In this document: piece after piece, positions 1 to 13,415 of the stretch
How positions within the stretch are numbered: the stretch's first letter is position 1
Layout of the letters: every line of letters begins with the position of its first letter
Source of the DNA: Botryllus schlosseri
Lineage: Eukaryota
DNA length: 64,000 nucleotides
Assembly: GCA_051294905.1 (NCBI GenBank)
Contig: CM119381.1
Location: forward strand, 14,260,001-14,324,000
Direction of reading: 5' to 3'
Program-made: the position numbers and the translations under genes
Notes under the pieces: model-generated
The model's database searches: none
Told to the model about the DNA's origin: nothing
What the model saw: only the letters and a program-made list of their open reading frames with translations

Positions 1-3000
1 TGGGGTTCGTCCGTGGGCAGGTGTCTCGCGGGGTCCTCTTCCGCGACCTGAACGTAATCGGATTATTCGCAAGCGCTCAAAGGTCTAGAAACTAGGCATG
101 GACGATTCGAGTTGAGCAGTAAGAGATGATCTTCCACTAAGACTTATTTGTGATCGACGGGAATCGTAGTTTCGATACTTTTTTTCACCCCATGGAAGCC
201 TTGAAATCTCGACTGGGTGTACCATGGCATACAAAACATGCAGCACAAAGCTATATGCGTAAACAGGAATGACATTTCAGAAAGCGCAGTGAAATAGGCA
301 TGGTCGATAAAGTACCAAATGATCTTTACGTGGGGTAGAACCGGCAGTATTTTCTTTGTGTTACCTATTAGAACTTTCCACATCCTCATGAGTGATAATT
401 GAATGCTCGACTCAGAAGTCTAATACTGGATTTGGAATCAAATCGCTCAGGACACTAGATTGCACCCAGCCTTACTCAAAACCAGATACATGCCTTGCAT
501 TCGAAGCACACTTTGCCGCTCGAAACGCCGTAGGTGGCCCGCGTGCCGCCCCAGAGATACGCGAAACCCTCCATGGTCAGAGGCTGCCCGCCAGTGCGGT
601 CTCTCGTGACTTTGAAATTTAAGTCGGCCCGGTAGGTGTCCAAAACGACCAGGCTATCGTCGAAGTTTTCTTCGGGCTCTTCTTCCGGGGGCGGGGTCCT
701 AGTGTTATCACAAGGATATATAATCAAATTATGTGTGAGGGCCATCGCGTTATACCCAACCTAATCAAACTTGGGCCAAAATTGGGTAGGTCTACACTAG
801 CCTAGTCTACCCTAGTGTCGTCTGTGTAGACACCATGACTTTCTAACACTAAGTATTCGAATTATTAAAAAAGATTTTTGTTCAGAGCTCATGTACAAGA
901 ACATACAGTATATCGATTGTCCATCTAGATTTCCAACAAATTCCTTCAACAAACGAAACCGCCAAAATACTATTAATAATAATAATCGTCAGATTATGTT
1001 TTCATCTGCCCAAGACACACACAGTGTACAATGTGATATACAAGACACGGTGCGAACCAACATGAGTACTCACTCCATCCTGTGCTGACGGGGAGGTCGA
1101 TCCTCATGCTTTCTCTTTCTGCTTTGAGATTGGCCAACGTCTTTATCTTAAAAGCAGTAAAATATAATTTCAAACCGCGATTACACGAAGGAGCAGACAG
1201 CAGTGTCCTATGATTACGGACTGCGCCCGAACGAAGTGGAATTTAGAATTGGCCGCACAACACCGTATAACTCATGCAAAGAACTTGTAGTACCGTATCC
1301 TACGGTGACATGCTGTATTACTCAGTAAACCGCAAGACCTAGTTAGAGACCATACTTGATGCATCTGTAGCTTCAGACACTGGTTCGACGGTAGCAGTGG
1401 CCAACTTTTCCTCACTGGCGGCAGTCTGATCAGCAGCTGAAATCATGAAATACCAATAAACATGAACATAACAGTTGATCACGCATATCGTTTGATGCTT
1501 TAATCAACTCCCAATGACAAAGTGACACAGTTACACTACATTGTAGTATTGCAAAAGGCAATGCTCACAATATATCGCAATAAAGCTGGTGACCATGGAT
1601 TGAACATGGAGGCAGTACTATGTTTCGACTAAAAATGCAACCCACTGCAAAATCCTCTATGTAAGCTCAAATTTCGGAGAAACCAGAATGGATCGTGTCT
1701 ACAATTCTACAGTGAATCATCTACAACAGTGCTTCTCGGCCTTTGCCAGTTCACGACCCACACTCATTATAAGTATCATAGTGCGACCCACACTGAGATA
1801 TGACCAAACGAATGAAAACAAATTACTGAGAAATGAAACAATGCTTTCTACATACATCCAACATACGGTACTATTGTCGTAAAGTCGAACTTGCAAATTA
1901 GATATTATCGGATCAAGTCTAGGCTTGATTGGAGACAAGCTCACACCCAACGTAACAATAAGAGTCTCCGTTTTCAGGCTGTACCTAGTCATAGATTTGC
2001 TTATAGCTACAGTTGAGAAGCCGGGCTCACATGGGTGTATGGTGGTGGACGACAAGAGAAATTTGGTGGCACTCTATACGACATATTGAGTAGAAAACTG
2101 TAACATTTAGAAATGTCTCGCGATCCATCTGAAATGGCTTTGCGGCCCACTGGTTGGGAAGCACTGATCTTGAAGCATAAAAAAATGAACCATCAACTCA
2201 CGAGCTGCATCAGTCTTTTCTTCTACCGGTAAACTTTCTTGGTCCCCATTTTCTTTCGGGGGTTCTTCTGAATCCTCGGTCTAAACAGAAGATAACTAAG
2301 GGAGGCCGAAATCTGAGTGAGTGATGATTTTCCACTACGAGTCAAAAAGCACGGAATTCAATCAATATGCCACGAGGCTAGTATGTGCCTCAGAACGAAA
2401 TAGACCTACGAGCACTTTATGACTAAACTAGCATTGTCAAGAGTCCATGCTTCCCAAGGTCATTGACTTCATTTACGATGCCCATGGCCTCAACGCAATC
2501 ACTATTGGCTGAATACTGACCAATATATTTGATGGCTACAATTGAGGTGATGTTGGTTACCTACCAATTATGCTAACCCTATTATTGAATTTCACTTGTC
2601 CCAGCTGTTCCCAATTTGTACCTTAGCCATTGGTCACAGAGTTATCATGTGTGGCAACTGGTCGAGGTGTGTTTCATTTTCATTTCAAGCTGCAACTTCT
2701 AAAATCCAGTTGGGAATGAACTAGGCAGAGTGGAGAGAAAGACACTATACAGCCCTCACGTTCAACCGAGGTACCTTATTATCACTGACGTCTTTCATAT
2801 CTTGGTCTTTTTCCTCAATATCTTGTTTCTTTGCCTCCTCAACAACAGGAGCATCTGCTTCTTGACTAACTTCCTCTGCAGGCTGAGGCGCTTCCTCCAT
2901 AGGTGCGGCTTCATCTTTCTCTTCAGGGGTTTCATCTACTTTTTCTGCTACTTTTTTCTGTTCCTCAGGAGTACTATCAGGCACAGAGCTTTCTTTCGTG

Positions 3001-6000
3001 TCCATTGCTTCATCTTCAACAGTGCTTGTGTCACCTTTAGCCTGCTACAGACATTGCACGAGATATTGGTGATGACAACCGGACAAGTATCAAAATTTGA
3101 AATTAGAAGGTATGGATAATGGATTGATACAATACAACCATTAGGAAAACTATATAAACGCTTGCTCACTGCACTGACATATTACCGATAGATAGGGCGA
3201 TTGCAAAAACAGCCCATGTTTCGTCTGAATCTGAAACTTGACTGCATTGTTTCTTGTATCACAGTGGTTCTCAATGTACAAGGGGATCACAAAAAGTTTC
3301 AAAATGGTGGTTTTCAAAGCAAAATCTTCCGTTTTTAGGTAAAAAAAATAACCGCCCTAGCTATAGAGATTGAATTTACTCAAATTAAAAGAAATTGGGT
3401 CATCATCAATGCAGTAGTACAGTGTTCTTCAACCAATCTGTACCAAAATATGCATGGGGTGCAACAGTACGAAAAGGTCACACAGAATCATGGGTTCTTG
3501 AATTAGGGTCTGCGGCAATGTTCCCTTTAAGCTGCGCACGTGCGCAAATGCGCAGTGCTGACACGATCTCTGCGCACAGAAAATCCAAGTTGGCAAAAAA
3601 ATCCGAAGTGATGACCTATTTTTAGTCGTTACGCAGTACGCACTGTGGTCCAAGGGTCTGCACAGTGAGTTGGTGAGTGTGCGCAGACTCGTCAAAAATC
3701 AGAGGGAACATTGATCTGCAGACCCCATGGGAGTCCACAGGCTAGGTTCAAGGCGTGCAAGAATGAAAAATACACCATAGGGTCCAGGGGCGTAGACAGG
3801 GGGGTAGAATTGAAGAACGTTTTACCCCCTTCCAGGCTCGATTCTATCCCGAAAATCCCAAGTCAACGCTACTGCTATAACAACATTTCTTCACGTTATC
3901 GCCTAATTTCAATTTGGTGCGCGCGACGCCGATTGCCGACGCTGATTACATGCCTTTTTCTCGTCGATCTCTCGTCTATGCAAGCATGAAAGGGGCATTG
4001 TTACATTTTTCTCTTGGCGAGGGTTAGCGATCAGCTTAATCCCTTTATTCTGAATGCAGTCGTCGAGCAATAATAACATTTGTCACGCGTTTGTTCACGC
4101 GTTGTTTTCTCACCAACAGTTCATTGTAAACGATAACGAACATTAATAACATGAAAATAACAACTTATAACTCAATGAAATCATGTTTTAAAGCAATCGC
4201 ATCTGATTCGTGCTTTGCCGAACTCAAGCCTGTTCCCCAAAACAGCATGAAGACACAATAAATTCGATTCGTATTTTATTTTTGACGCCATTGTTGTGCA
4301 TTGTCTTGACCTCAATGACCATCTATACCTCATACTAGATTATGCCTTTCGTGATCGGTATCCCACCGGGACGGATTCAGCCTTCAATAGCCGCGCCGAA
4401 ACTTGTTTGCGATTCCCTCGCTTTGCGAATAAGTCATTATTCACATGCCGGTGCAATTAGTATATGCGCCATGTTCGAAATGAATGGAATTAAAACGCCG
4501 AGAAGACGTTACTCTTACACGCGAATTGAATCATGTAAAAATTCATGAAGATATAACAGATTCTGCGCTGTTTTGATTGTTCGTCGTGAAATGTTTTTCT
4601 GGTATTGTTTCAAGGTCGATTACTCATTTGAATACAAATAAGATCCCCAAGCGGGTGCGCATCGTAACATGATCCCCGTGCAAGTTGTTGATTGCCAACT
4701 CGCTTTCAGTAATTACATCGGCCAATTAGTTACGCTTTCAAACGCGTACGGAATACAGAAGTTGCTATCGCTAAAGGTAGGCCCTATGGCGCATAGAGGC
4801 TCATTCTGCCCCCTTTATTCAGTTCTACTCCCTTTTTATCTCGGCTGGCTACGCCCCTGATAGGGTCTAGCAGCTTATCCTGGATAACGTCCAATCCCAA
4901 ACCAAAAAAGGTCGAAGAGCACTAGTTTAAACAACAAGCGAGCTGAAATATACTTCAAAATGAAAACAGATAAATATCTGCACGAGTTATAGAAAAACCA
5001 ATCAGTAAGGTGTCACTCAATCAGCAAGTGAGAGACAAACCAATAACAAAATGGAGAGCGAATAGGCCTGAACCAAGTATATGTAGCATTTTGAAAACAT
5101 GAAGAGTAACATACTTGTGAGGTGTCTTGTTCTGAAATTGAAGTTTCCTGCGCTTCATCATCGATACTGACTTGGGAGTCATTGGCATTATCAGTAGAGA
5201 AATTCAACTCTTCACCAGTTTCGCCTTAAAAAGCAGTATGTTTGCCAGCTGATTTCAGGCTTTGAGGGCAATTTTGAGGGGTTCCAGTGCTCTGACCAGA
5301 TTTCAATTAATATTTTCGGAATCAGTGGGAAACTAGCCTTCGATTGAGAATAGTTAGATAAAATTTTACGCTCCGGTCACCAGCTATAAGATTACCAAGT
5401 AAACATTCAAGTATACATTGGTCAGTGGTCACAGTTTGATCTTGAATTGGTTCCTTCTCCGTTAAGCAAGACTTAACAGTGTTATCAGACATCTACAATC
5501 ACATCAGACATCACAATGTTGCCCATTTCCCCTATTAACTTTGCGTTATGTCAGATGACATATATTAAAGAGCTTGAATTTGGGTAATAGCATATCGTGA
5601 AATTATGCCCCTCCATAATCCAATTAGCAGCCAAATCAAAATATACGAAAAATAATATCAACATATAGTATCTGCAATGACCGACATGCAAGTTGGGCTG
5701 ATTTGTTTCAGTGTTCTGGTGAGTGCACGTACTCTACACAATGTGTATTGACGACCAGCCGATCGATTGCAACAGCCAGGCCAGCGACGATTTGGGAATC
5801 TGGCATGCAACAAACTTTAAACAAATTCTATAAACCACGCCGGATCATCCCGGGTTTGGTTGACAATTCCGTTTGCGTTTGAACCGTGTGTGGAAGTAGG
5901 CGTAGTGCTGACGATAAGCGTTTGCAACCCGCGTTCGATTCCGAACATTGGAAAATAACTGTGACACCGGGCTCTGTAGGTCGGGGTACGTCAGTTTAAG

Positions 6001-6321
6001 AGACCGCAACTGGTCGTTCGGCATCATATCTGTTCATTACATTGCATTGTACATTATGTGTGCGTCTTGATCATATATGAAATAACCTGACGATTATTGA
6101 CAATGTGTGGGAATGTTACAATCAAGTTTCAAGGTATTACAATAACATTATCATCAAATACCGTACGGTTTTAATGACAAATCACACTTACTTTCAATAG
6201 CTGACAACAGAAGTGCCATAAGATCCGCTTTCTTCATACTTTTCGTGACTGCGATACTCCTTTGCTCGAGCTCCTTTTTGAGCTCGGCAACTTTCATCTT
6301 CTTGGGATTAATGGCGGACAT
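1..6321 (-). CDS. HNRNPU: hnRNP U / hnRNP U-like 1 family protein (SAP domain, acidic linker, start of SPRY); 3' end runs off the window
   Basis: Phase-consistent exons 6321-6192, 5224-5115, 3041-2775, 2280-2202, 1436-1356, 1146-1074, 698-494, 47-<1. Exon 1 encodes [38 protein letters not shown] (SAP). Exon 7 encodes [57 protein letters not shown], followed by [15 protein letters not shown]; this matches the hnRNPU/UL1 SPRY N-terminus by recall. U versus UL1 is not resolved. Confidence 0.92.
3785..4859. mobile_element. Non-autonomous hAT element (1075 bp) in hnRNPU intron 2
   Basis: TIRs CAGGGGCGTAG...CTACGCCCCTG; perfect 8-bp TSD ATAGGGTC at 3777-3784 and 4860-4867; no transposase ORF. Confidence 0.88.
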
Positions 6322-6679
6322 TGTGCTTGCCGGTTGCCGCCGAGTATTAACAAAGTATGGTAGTAACGGCTAAATGTTCACAAGAGTAATTTCGAAATTA
6401 CGACTAGATCTGATTAAAGATGAACATAGCGCTTTCAAAATCGGACACGGAAACGGCAGTGGATTGGAAATATCAACCGACCAACGAATCAAAATATTGA
6501 ACGGTCTTCATAATATACTCATTTATCATACGGTACAGAAATTACGCCGTCTCTTGGGACGAAAAAGCAACCCTATTGTTAACACATTATGAATATTATT
6601 CTCAATTCGATTCTGCAACAATGTGACCTCCTGCCTCGGAGCAATGCTCCATTACCGATATCCAAAGATTGCTTCGCAA

Positions 6680-6800
6680 ATGAAGATGGCGCCATCAGCA
6701 CAGTTCGAAATCGACGAGCAGCGGCGGCGTGTCGGTCGCAAAAGCGATGTTTCGCGCCATTAGTGGCCAGTCTGTACAGCAGACCAGCAATGCCGACCTA
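6680..6800. promoter_or_regulatory. CpG-rich patch with YY1-like motif upstream of hnRNPU
   Basis: Local GC/CpG enrichment and AAGATGGCG at 6683-6691, ~360 bp upstream of the hnRNPU ATG. Function is inferred only. Confidence 0.3.
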
Positions 6801-8520
6801 GGGTAGTTCGTTGACGGAAGAACTGAACTTCCGTGAATTGCTAGCGTCTCTTTTGCTAACGTCCAGTGACATCGGCAATGATTGGATTAGAACTGGACGG
6901 GCTGATGGGAAACGCTGCTATTGACAGTCTTGACACCCTGCCGATGCGTTGAATAACATACGAGACATGCGATGGGCGTAGCCACAAGAAGGGATTCAGT
7001 CAGTGATATCTGAGATATCCCTGCGTTCAGTGGTCCGAAGATTCTCTTCCATAATAATAGTATAACCCATTCTGACGCCAGTGCATTTGCGACACTACAC
7101 AGTACTCGTTTCTTACAAATGGAATATGATAATGATTAATGAACCAGGTAATGTCGCCCGTCATTTCGATGATGTGGATTGCAATTTTATCATTGATATG
7201 TAAAGCGGTTAACCCCATCTCAGCAAATGTGAAATGGTCCCCTTCCCGTTTGAACGAAGCGCAATGCATAGAATCCATTATAATTTACATGACTCGTACG
7301 TTTATTAGTAATGACACTGGTTATAAAAATATCAGTTTTCAAAAAGCCGAAAATATATTTCATGTCTGTTGTCCAGAAGGCTTCGTAGTCTGCTAAAACG
7401 GCCTGATGCTTGAAGTTCAAGGACCACTTTTCCTGATAAGGACACACATTTTGTTGCTAGATTTTGATAACATATACCGGTAGCTAGAAAATGATAGATG
7501 GTTACAAACGTTTTACTGAGTCATATTTACTGTGATAAATCATCTCATATGGGCAATAATGGGGTGTGAAAGGAACCAAGCAACCGGCACAAATTGACAG
7601 AGACTTTCATGAAAACACATATTCCACTCCATCTATTTTGCGCAAAGCACCAACAGAAATTCTGAACTTTACACTTCTGTAAATATTGAATTCTTATCGG
7701 TACTCTATGGAAACAGCCCCTTAATTTCTCCGTCCCAATGTCGCATTGGAAGGGCAAAATACTTCTGCTTGACAATCGGAAAATAGCGAAAAGTAAGAAG
7801 CAAATCTAAAAATATCATCAAGCAGGGTGGCGGAAGTCAGATTTACTTGAGTAAGCACAAGTAGAGGAAAACTACTCGAGTATTTTGAAGAAGTAGAAGT
7901 AATACTTCATTACTTGACCACCTCAAACTAATCGGACTAGTCTGCCTGACTTCATCAGTGAAGAAAATGATGCAAGGTTGATCTTACTCAAGCTCCCCTC
8001 CAGACCCTATTCACCCTCAGTTCCCCAGCATGCAGACTACATGGTAGCAGTCGATTCGCATTATAAATTGCAATCTATAATGAAGTTCAGACAAACAAGA
8101 AATTGCACACTACATATCCATGCAAAGTTACAAGACAAGAAAATACGTATACGCTACAAAACAGTTTAAACTACACCAAAAACAGTACGTACAGTACACT
8201 AGTACAGCCACAGACTGGATTGATACACATACTCAAAATTCTGTGATTGTGATTGCAGTAATAATGGCAAGTCATGTACTTCAGTAAATTAGAGCTTGAG
8301 TCATTTTCACGAAATTTCAAGACACCTTTTGCAAGGAAATTCACGAGTCTTCGTACCCCATCATTGTCACAGGATAGATTATGGAAAATGTAAATTGATA
8401 CAGAGATTGAAGCGACATACGGTACAGCAGTACCACCTTTATTAATGGATTTGGTTGAAGTTGGCCCTATATAAGCTGAAGAGGGCGGGAATTGCTTTTC
8501 AAAATGAAGCAAAGTATATT
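6700..8520 (-). other. Possible unidentified multi-exon gene or decayed coding sequence
   Basis: Minus-strand open frames 8171-8512 (113 codons), 7220-7447 and 7027-7278 in AT-rich DNA, with GTATGT/GTAAGA donor-like sites (e.g. 8232). I could not build a clean spliced model or recognise a domain. Confidence 0.25.
7760..7924 (-). mobile_element. Terminal fragment of the CAGAGGTGGTCA hAT family
   Basis: Reverse complement aligns by eye with the left end of 52250-53506 (GAGGTGGTCA...TACTTCTACT...TACTCAAGTA). Confidence 0.7.
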
Positions 8521-8950
8521 GTGTTGTGTATGGAGACTACCCTTCTTATTGCAGACACGATTCTGCCAAATACAAAGTACAGAATAAAATAACCAGACTT
8601 GAGTTCACTTATCCTCTCCCGGTAAACAAAAAAAAACAGCTAAACAAACTAAGCACAACATAATATCAGTTGAGCAATGAGTTGGCAAGTTTCCACAACA
8701 TGAAACATGTTCTTTAATCACAGTAAGATTCAGACAACTCAGGTAGGCAGCATTCATTCTACGATATCTTTATATCTCTTTTCGAATTTAAAAAACAGTT
8801 AAAGAATACACGCGAAGAGTACCTTCGTAATATGTTGGAACTTGACCAAGGCAGCAATGGAATTAGACGTAAATCGATGGCTTGAGATGATAATATCCAT
8901 TTAGCTGGGTTTCATTCATTGCCACGTCATCTTTACAGATCACATGCTTG

Positions 8951-11304
8951 TTAATGCAGCTGAGGTAGAGGTGGGTACTTCACAGAGATGTGTTCCAGGC
9001 AATTTTCAAACAGTGGGTAGGTTGGATACCAGTCCCATTTCGGATTTGGTGAAAATGGTCTCCTTCGCCTACGCCGTCCTCTGTGACGCATATTGGCGAT
9101 ACTGGAGGTCTTACAATCGATGACCTCAAATTCCTTGTTTAAACATATCTCGACCTGGGCAAGGAGTTGAGTGTTTTTATCCTGAACATTGAACAGGTCT
9201 TGTTAATGATATCAAGTGATGAACCATGTTAAAACAACTCACTGCCTCCATGCACTTCAACTGTGCTTGATGTCCTGTTGTAGACTGAATGGCCTTTCGT
9301 ATTTCTTCCAACTTTGAAACGTTACAACATATAATTAATTATGCAATGCATACTAAGACAATTCCAGCTGCCTATTGGCAGCGAGTTCATAGGTAGGATT
9401 TTCTAGATGTAAAATAATTATTAAAACGTTACATGTTAGAATTACCATGACAATAACTATACAGTATGTGTAACACATGAGGGTAACAATTACTAGTCGA
9501 TTACATCAGAAAGGGAATTATAAATACCTACTAAATACACTAAGACTGTAATCTCGTTAGATCAGTGGTTCCCAACGTTGGGCGATTTTGAGAAACATGG
9601 GGGCGAAAATGTTAGAACGTCTAGTGAGATATATTCAATTAACACGGTAAAAAATGCATGTAAAGACGGCATATTTTGCATACGACGCGAGAAGAACAAC
9701 TCGACTCAGCGAAGAGTAGACACTGGTTTTCAGAGCACCTACCACCTCGGAAAAATGGCCTTTTTTAGTGAATTCACCAGCAATCAGATTTGGGTGAATA
9801 AATTTCCCGAATATGTTTATGTCCTCTTTTTCGGACCCGTAAATATGGGGGCGAAAATTTGTATCGAGATTGATAAGGGTGCAGCAAGGCGAAAAAGGTT
9901 GGGAACCACTGATCCAGAGGAAACAAGGTATCAACTAACAACCAACATACTTGATAGATCTTGTCTTTTGATGGGAGTATTCCGCTAGATTCCAACATCC
10001 TGCATTAAGAAACAAAAAATTCAAATGAAACATGGGAAATGCTTTTCCTCAACTAGGCGTGGTCAATAATATAAATCTCCCACCTGCCCAATGAGTATTT
10101 TGACTGCAAATCCAAAGATTTCTCGAAGTACAAATGCTCCGACTGCAAGGCAGCAAGAGATACACCGCAAGTGCCATGCTTCAGCCACTCATGTTTCCTA
10201 TGAGTCGAGAAGAGTGGTCAAGACACAACATCATATATATAATAATAAAATTGTTCAACCAACCACAAGGAATCAGTGGCTTCATCTACAATTAGGTTGG
10301 GCCAGTGAGCCTCCAGTCGTGTCCACATATCCTGTTTAATGAAGATTTTGTAATATAGAAATCCAATAGCAACTCTTTCCACAAGTACCTCTCACATAAT
10401 AGTAATAATCATGAATTAATACAAAATTCACACCTTAAGCTCGTTAGGTCGAAAAGGCCACGAGTCGTTGCAGTAGCTAGGATCTCTTCCACTAGCTACT
10501 GAAGGCCTGAAATATTTAAAATTGATAAAGAACGACATACCCTTAATCTGGCAACTCATCTTACCATAGCCCATGTATTGTCCAGCCTTTTACCACTTTG
10601 GGCATGATGCATTTTCCAGAACCATGGGTTTCCTAAAAATGGAAATCAAACAGCTCCATATCAAAATCCCACTAAAGTGAATAAGATCCTAATATGACCC
10701 TGCTATATATACATATGGTACTGATTCAAAAGGATAGAGTTTAGCAAATATCTTATGCACCTCATACATTCCTGAGTGGAACTGGTGGCAATGGCAGCGC
10801 CACATGCAACTTTCTGTTCAATTACCTAAATAAAGCACAACCACCTAACCTAACTATTTTATGAACATCGACTTTGTTAATCGCAATGCAGAACTTCAAG
10901 CCTTTTAACTACAATATATAATATTCTAAGGACACTATAACAATAGTAGGCCAAATGCAGCCAGGCATATGATGATGTCTACTTACATTTATCAAGAGAC
11001 ATTGAGTCTCCGGCCATATCTGGGTATAAACCAAAAATTCCCATTGATTTCTTGACTTCTCAATAACGCAGAATATTCCCCCAAATCCAAGAACCACCAA
11101 TACTTTTAAAAGTGGTGGTATGCAAGTTTTGAAAGGCTGTAAATAAACGGTACACGAATAGAACGATGCTTCAAAAGCTGTTGATCAGCAATACTGTGTC
11201 AGTTTATGTTAACAAGAAGAGCTGTTCAAATAACAAGAATTAGAAGATATTGTTCATATTCATGTCCAGAACGATAACAGAGGTAACTAGTAGTAACTTA
11301 CCAT
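8951..11304 (-). CDS. RNASET2: Ribonuclease T2, secreted/lysosomal, 274 aa
   Basis: Nine phase-consistent exons: 11304-11302, 11136-10987, 10632-10565, 10506-10434, 10331-10264, 10197-10084, 9999-9951, 9311-9243, 9181-8951 (825 nt). Hydrophobic N-terminal signal, QIWPETQC, CAS I WTIHGLWP, CAS II LWKHEWLKHGTC, LAQVEICL, C-terminal YPP. Confidence 0.95.
9563..9911. mobile_element. hAT-type MITE (CAGTGGTTCCCAAC TIR) in an RNASET2 intron
   Basis: TIRs CAGTGGTTCCCAAC / GTTGGGAACCACTG; no clear 8-bp TSD. Confidence 0.75.
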
Positions 11305-11664
11305 ATCAAGTCAAACGTGTTAACACGACGTGCATCAGATCAACAACGCCCAGCCCAATGTCCGTGAAGTTTGAACCTAGCTGTACTTCGCAAGTGCCTT
11401 CATTCAATAACAAACGTTCTTTCACAGTGAACTCCTGCGACCTGCGCTTGCCACAAGGCGGACACACGCAAGGCGGGTATCAATCAATTCGACTCGTTGA
11501 ATTTAGGCGTTCAAATTGGGGAGCCAATAGAAAATAGTGATTTGTCCATGCGCGTGTGGTTGTTGTGTTATCATGGAGCGCACGTCGTACACAATCTAGC
11601 TGCAAAAACCGAACCGGACCGCGACTTGACATATCGATCTCGCCTTCCGTCACTTGCCACTTGC

Positions 11665-11915
11665 CACTTGCCATGGTTATGCGTCCGGCTTCTCGAGCGG
11701 TAGGTCGTGGGTTCGATCCCGGGCCGGGTCATACCAAAGTCTCGAAAATTGGTATCCGCAGCTATCCTGCTAGGCGCTCAGCAATCACGGATAGCATGGA
11801 GGAGAAAAAAATAACGGGGGCGCAGACTAGATGACCTCATGGGGCCGTATCGCAACTCCGTCGTCAAAGCGTAGCTACGCTGTAAATTGCTATGGTCAAA
11901 GCATCTCGATGGTGC
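11665..11915 (+). mobile_element. tRNA-derived SINE, copy 1
   Basis: B-box-like GGTTCGATCCC followed by GGCCGGGTCATACCAAAG...; near-identical to 50237-50481 and related to 36855-37110. Confidence 0.8.
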
Positions 11916-11924
11916 TCACTTTAT

Positions 11925-12020
11925 ATTAGCTACTTTTACTTTCATTCAGTGTGCAACTGTGCATGCCTCCTCTTTACATCGCCTATAGGCCCAGGTGGTT
12001 GTCTGATCTTAAGACTGACG
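11925..12020 (+). mobile_element. LINE 3'-UTR fragment
   Basis: TTTTACTTTCATTCAGTGTGC...GCCTA..GGCC.AGGTGG.TGTCTGAT matches the 3' region of the LINE fossil (~48880-48950). Further copies at ~12565-12700 (-) and ~37700-37870 (-). Confidence 0.7.
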
Positions 12021-13415
12021 AAATTCGGAATCTACACCGTTCTGCCTACGGCTTGAGATTCCTATTCCTTACACTTGACTAACACCAATCCAACACACAC
12101 AGCAGAGCATATAACAGCGTACCTGTTTGTGTTCATACAGCGAGCGACGACACGATTTTCACACGCTATGTGCGCTGCGAGATATAATACCTAATTCGAA
12201 ACATTTTGCTGAAAATAGCCCTCGCAAGCGTTACGGCAGTGTTTTAACGGGAAATTGGCGATCTAAGAGTACGCGCAATTCGTTCTACATGAATTATAAA
12301 AACCCACTACATTTATGACAGGGATATATATCCCTGATTTATGAAAACATACTTAGTAAACATCGGTGCGTAGCGCGATCAAAAATTTCGGGATTTGACA
12401 TGTATTGTGGAATGTTAATTTGCTCTGAATACTCATTGAGGATATGTCCTACTACCACATCATCTACTGCGAAGTGATTTTTCTTCAGCGCCCCCCATAT
12501 CGCCCCCTTCAAAATCGCCGGCGCCCCTTGGGGGGCGCTGGAGGCAAGGTTAAGGAACCACTGGCCTAGGCGATGTAAAGAGGAGACATGCACACTGAAG
12601 AAAAAGTAAATAAGATAGTATAGAAAATGCAAGCAACAAGAAATGGGCCGTGGCATGTCATGGAAGGCGAGTGATCGGGGATTAATACCGATATACATCA
12701 TAGCTTAATATTTACTGTCAGTCCTAATTTAACCAAACAAAAAATAATTTAACTCTAGAGGTGTTATAGTAACGAATTGCTTCTATACTTTTCGAAGTAC
12801 TTGAAGTAGATTTTGCCAACTCGCATGACTTCCTGAAGTGGTTGATTTTAGACTACTTCTACTTGACAGTTTTCAGGGCAAAACTAGGCCTGAAATACAA
12901 ATTGACTCGAGTACAAGCCGAGTCAATACACAAATTGACTGGAGTCGTTTTACGCATATGAATAAATGACTCGAATGAAGCGGAGTCACCAAAAATCGTG
13001 ACTCGACTCATCACAACCCTGGTGGTCAGTAACAAGATACTTCAATATTGCAGAGGTTTTAGACCACTACTGCTTTAGTTTTTGACCCAAAACTACTTTT
13101 TACACAATGCATGCCATTATATTTTGGGATAGGTTGGCATATCACTTTCCCAAGTGAAACTGATGAACAGCCCACGTGTAACAATAAAATACCTCATCTC
13201 TGATTGCGACCGAATCTACAATTTTATATCTGCATATTGAGTAATTGTCAGACCTTACGTTATATACTACTACAAGTAGTAATTTCTTTTGCATTGCTTT
13301 CACTTGAATGCTGACTACCTGGACCACGTCTGTTATGCACTGTACAGTTTGACATTGAAATATTTAATATAATAGCAGAGCAATGTAATGTAATAAACGA
13401 CTTTCCTTATTACGA

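Noticed and set aside
2730-3119. Hydrophobic F/L-rich 129-aa plus-strand ORF resembling a membrane protein
   Set aside because: Antisense of the Glu/Lys-rich hnRNPU exon 3.
9578-9988. 136-aa plus-strand ORF, and similar ORFs at 3711-4860 and 49145-49363
   Set aside because: They lie within non-autonomous transposons and show no transposase or other motifs.
11677-11740. tRNA gene
   Set aside because: Only A/B-box-like remnants with no complete cloverleaf; it continues into a shared SINE body found three times.
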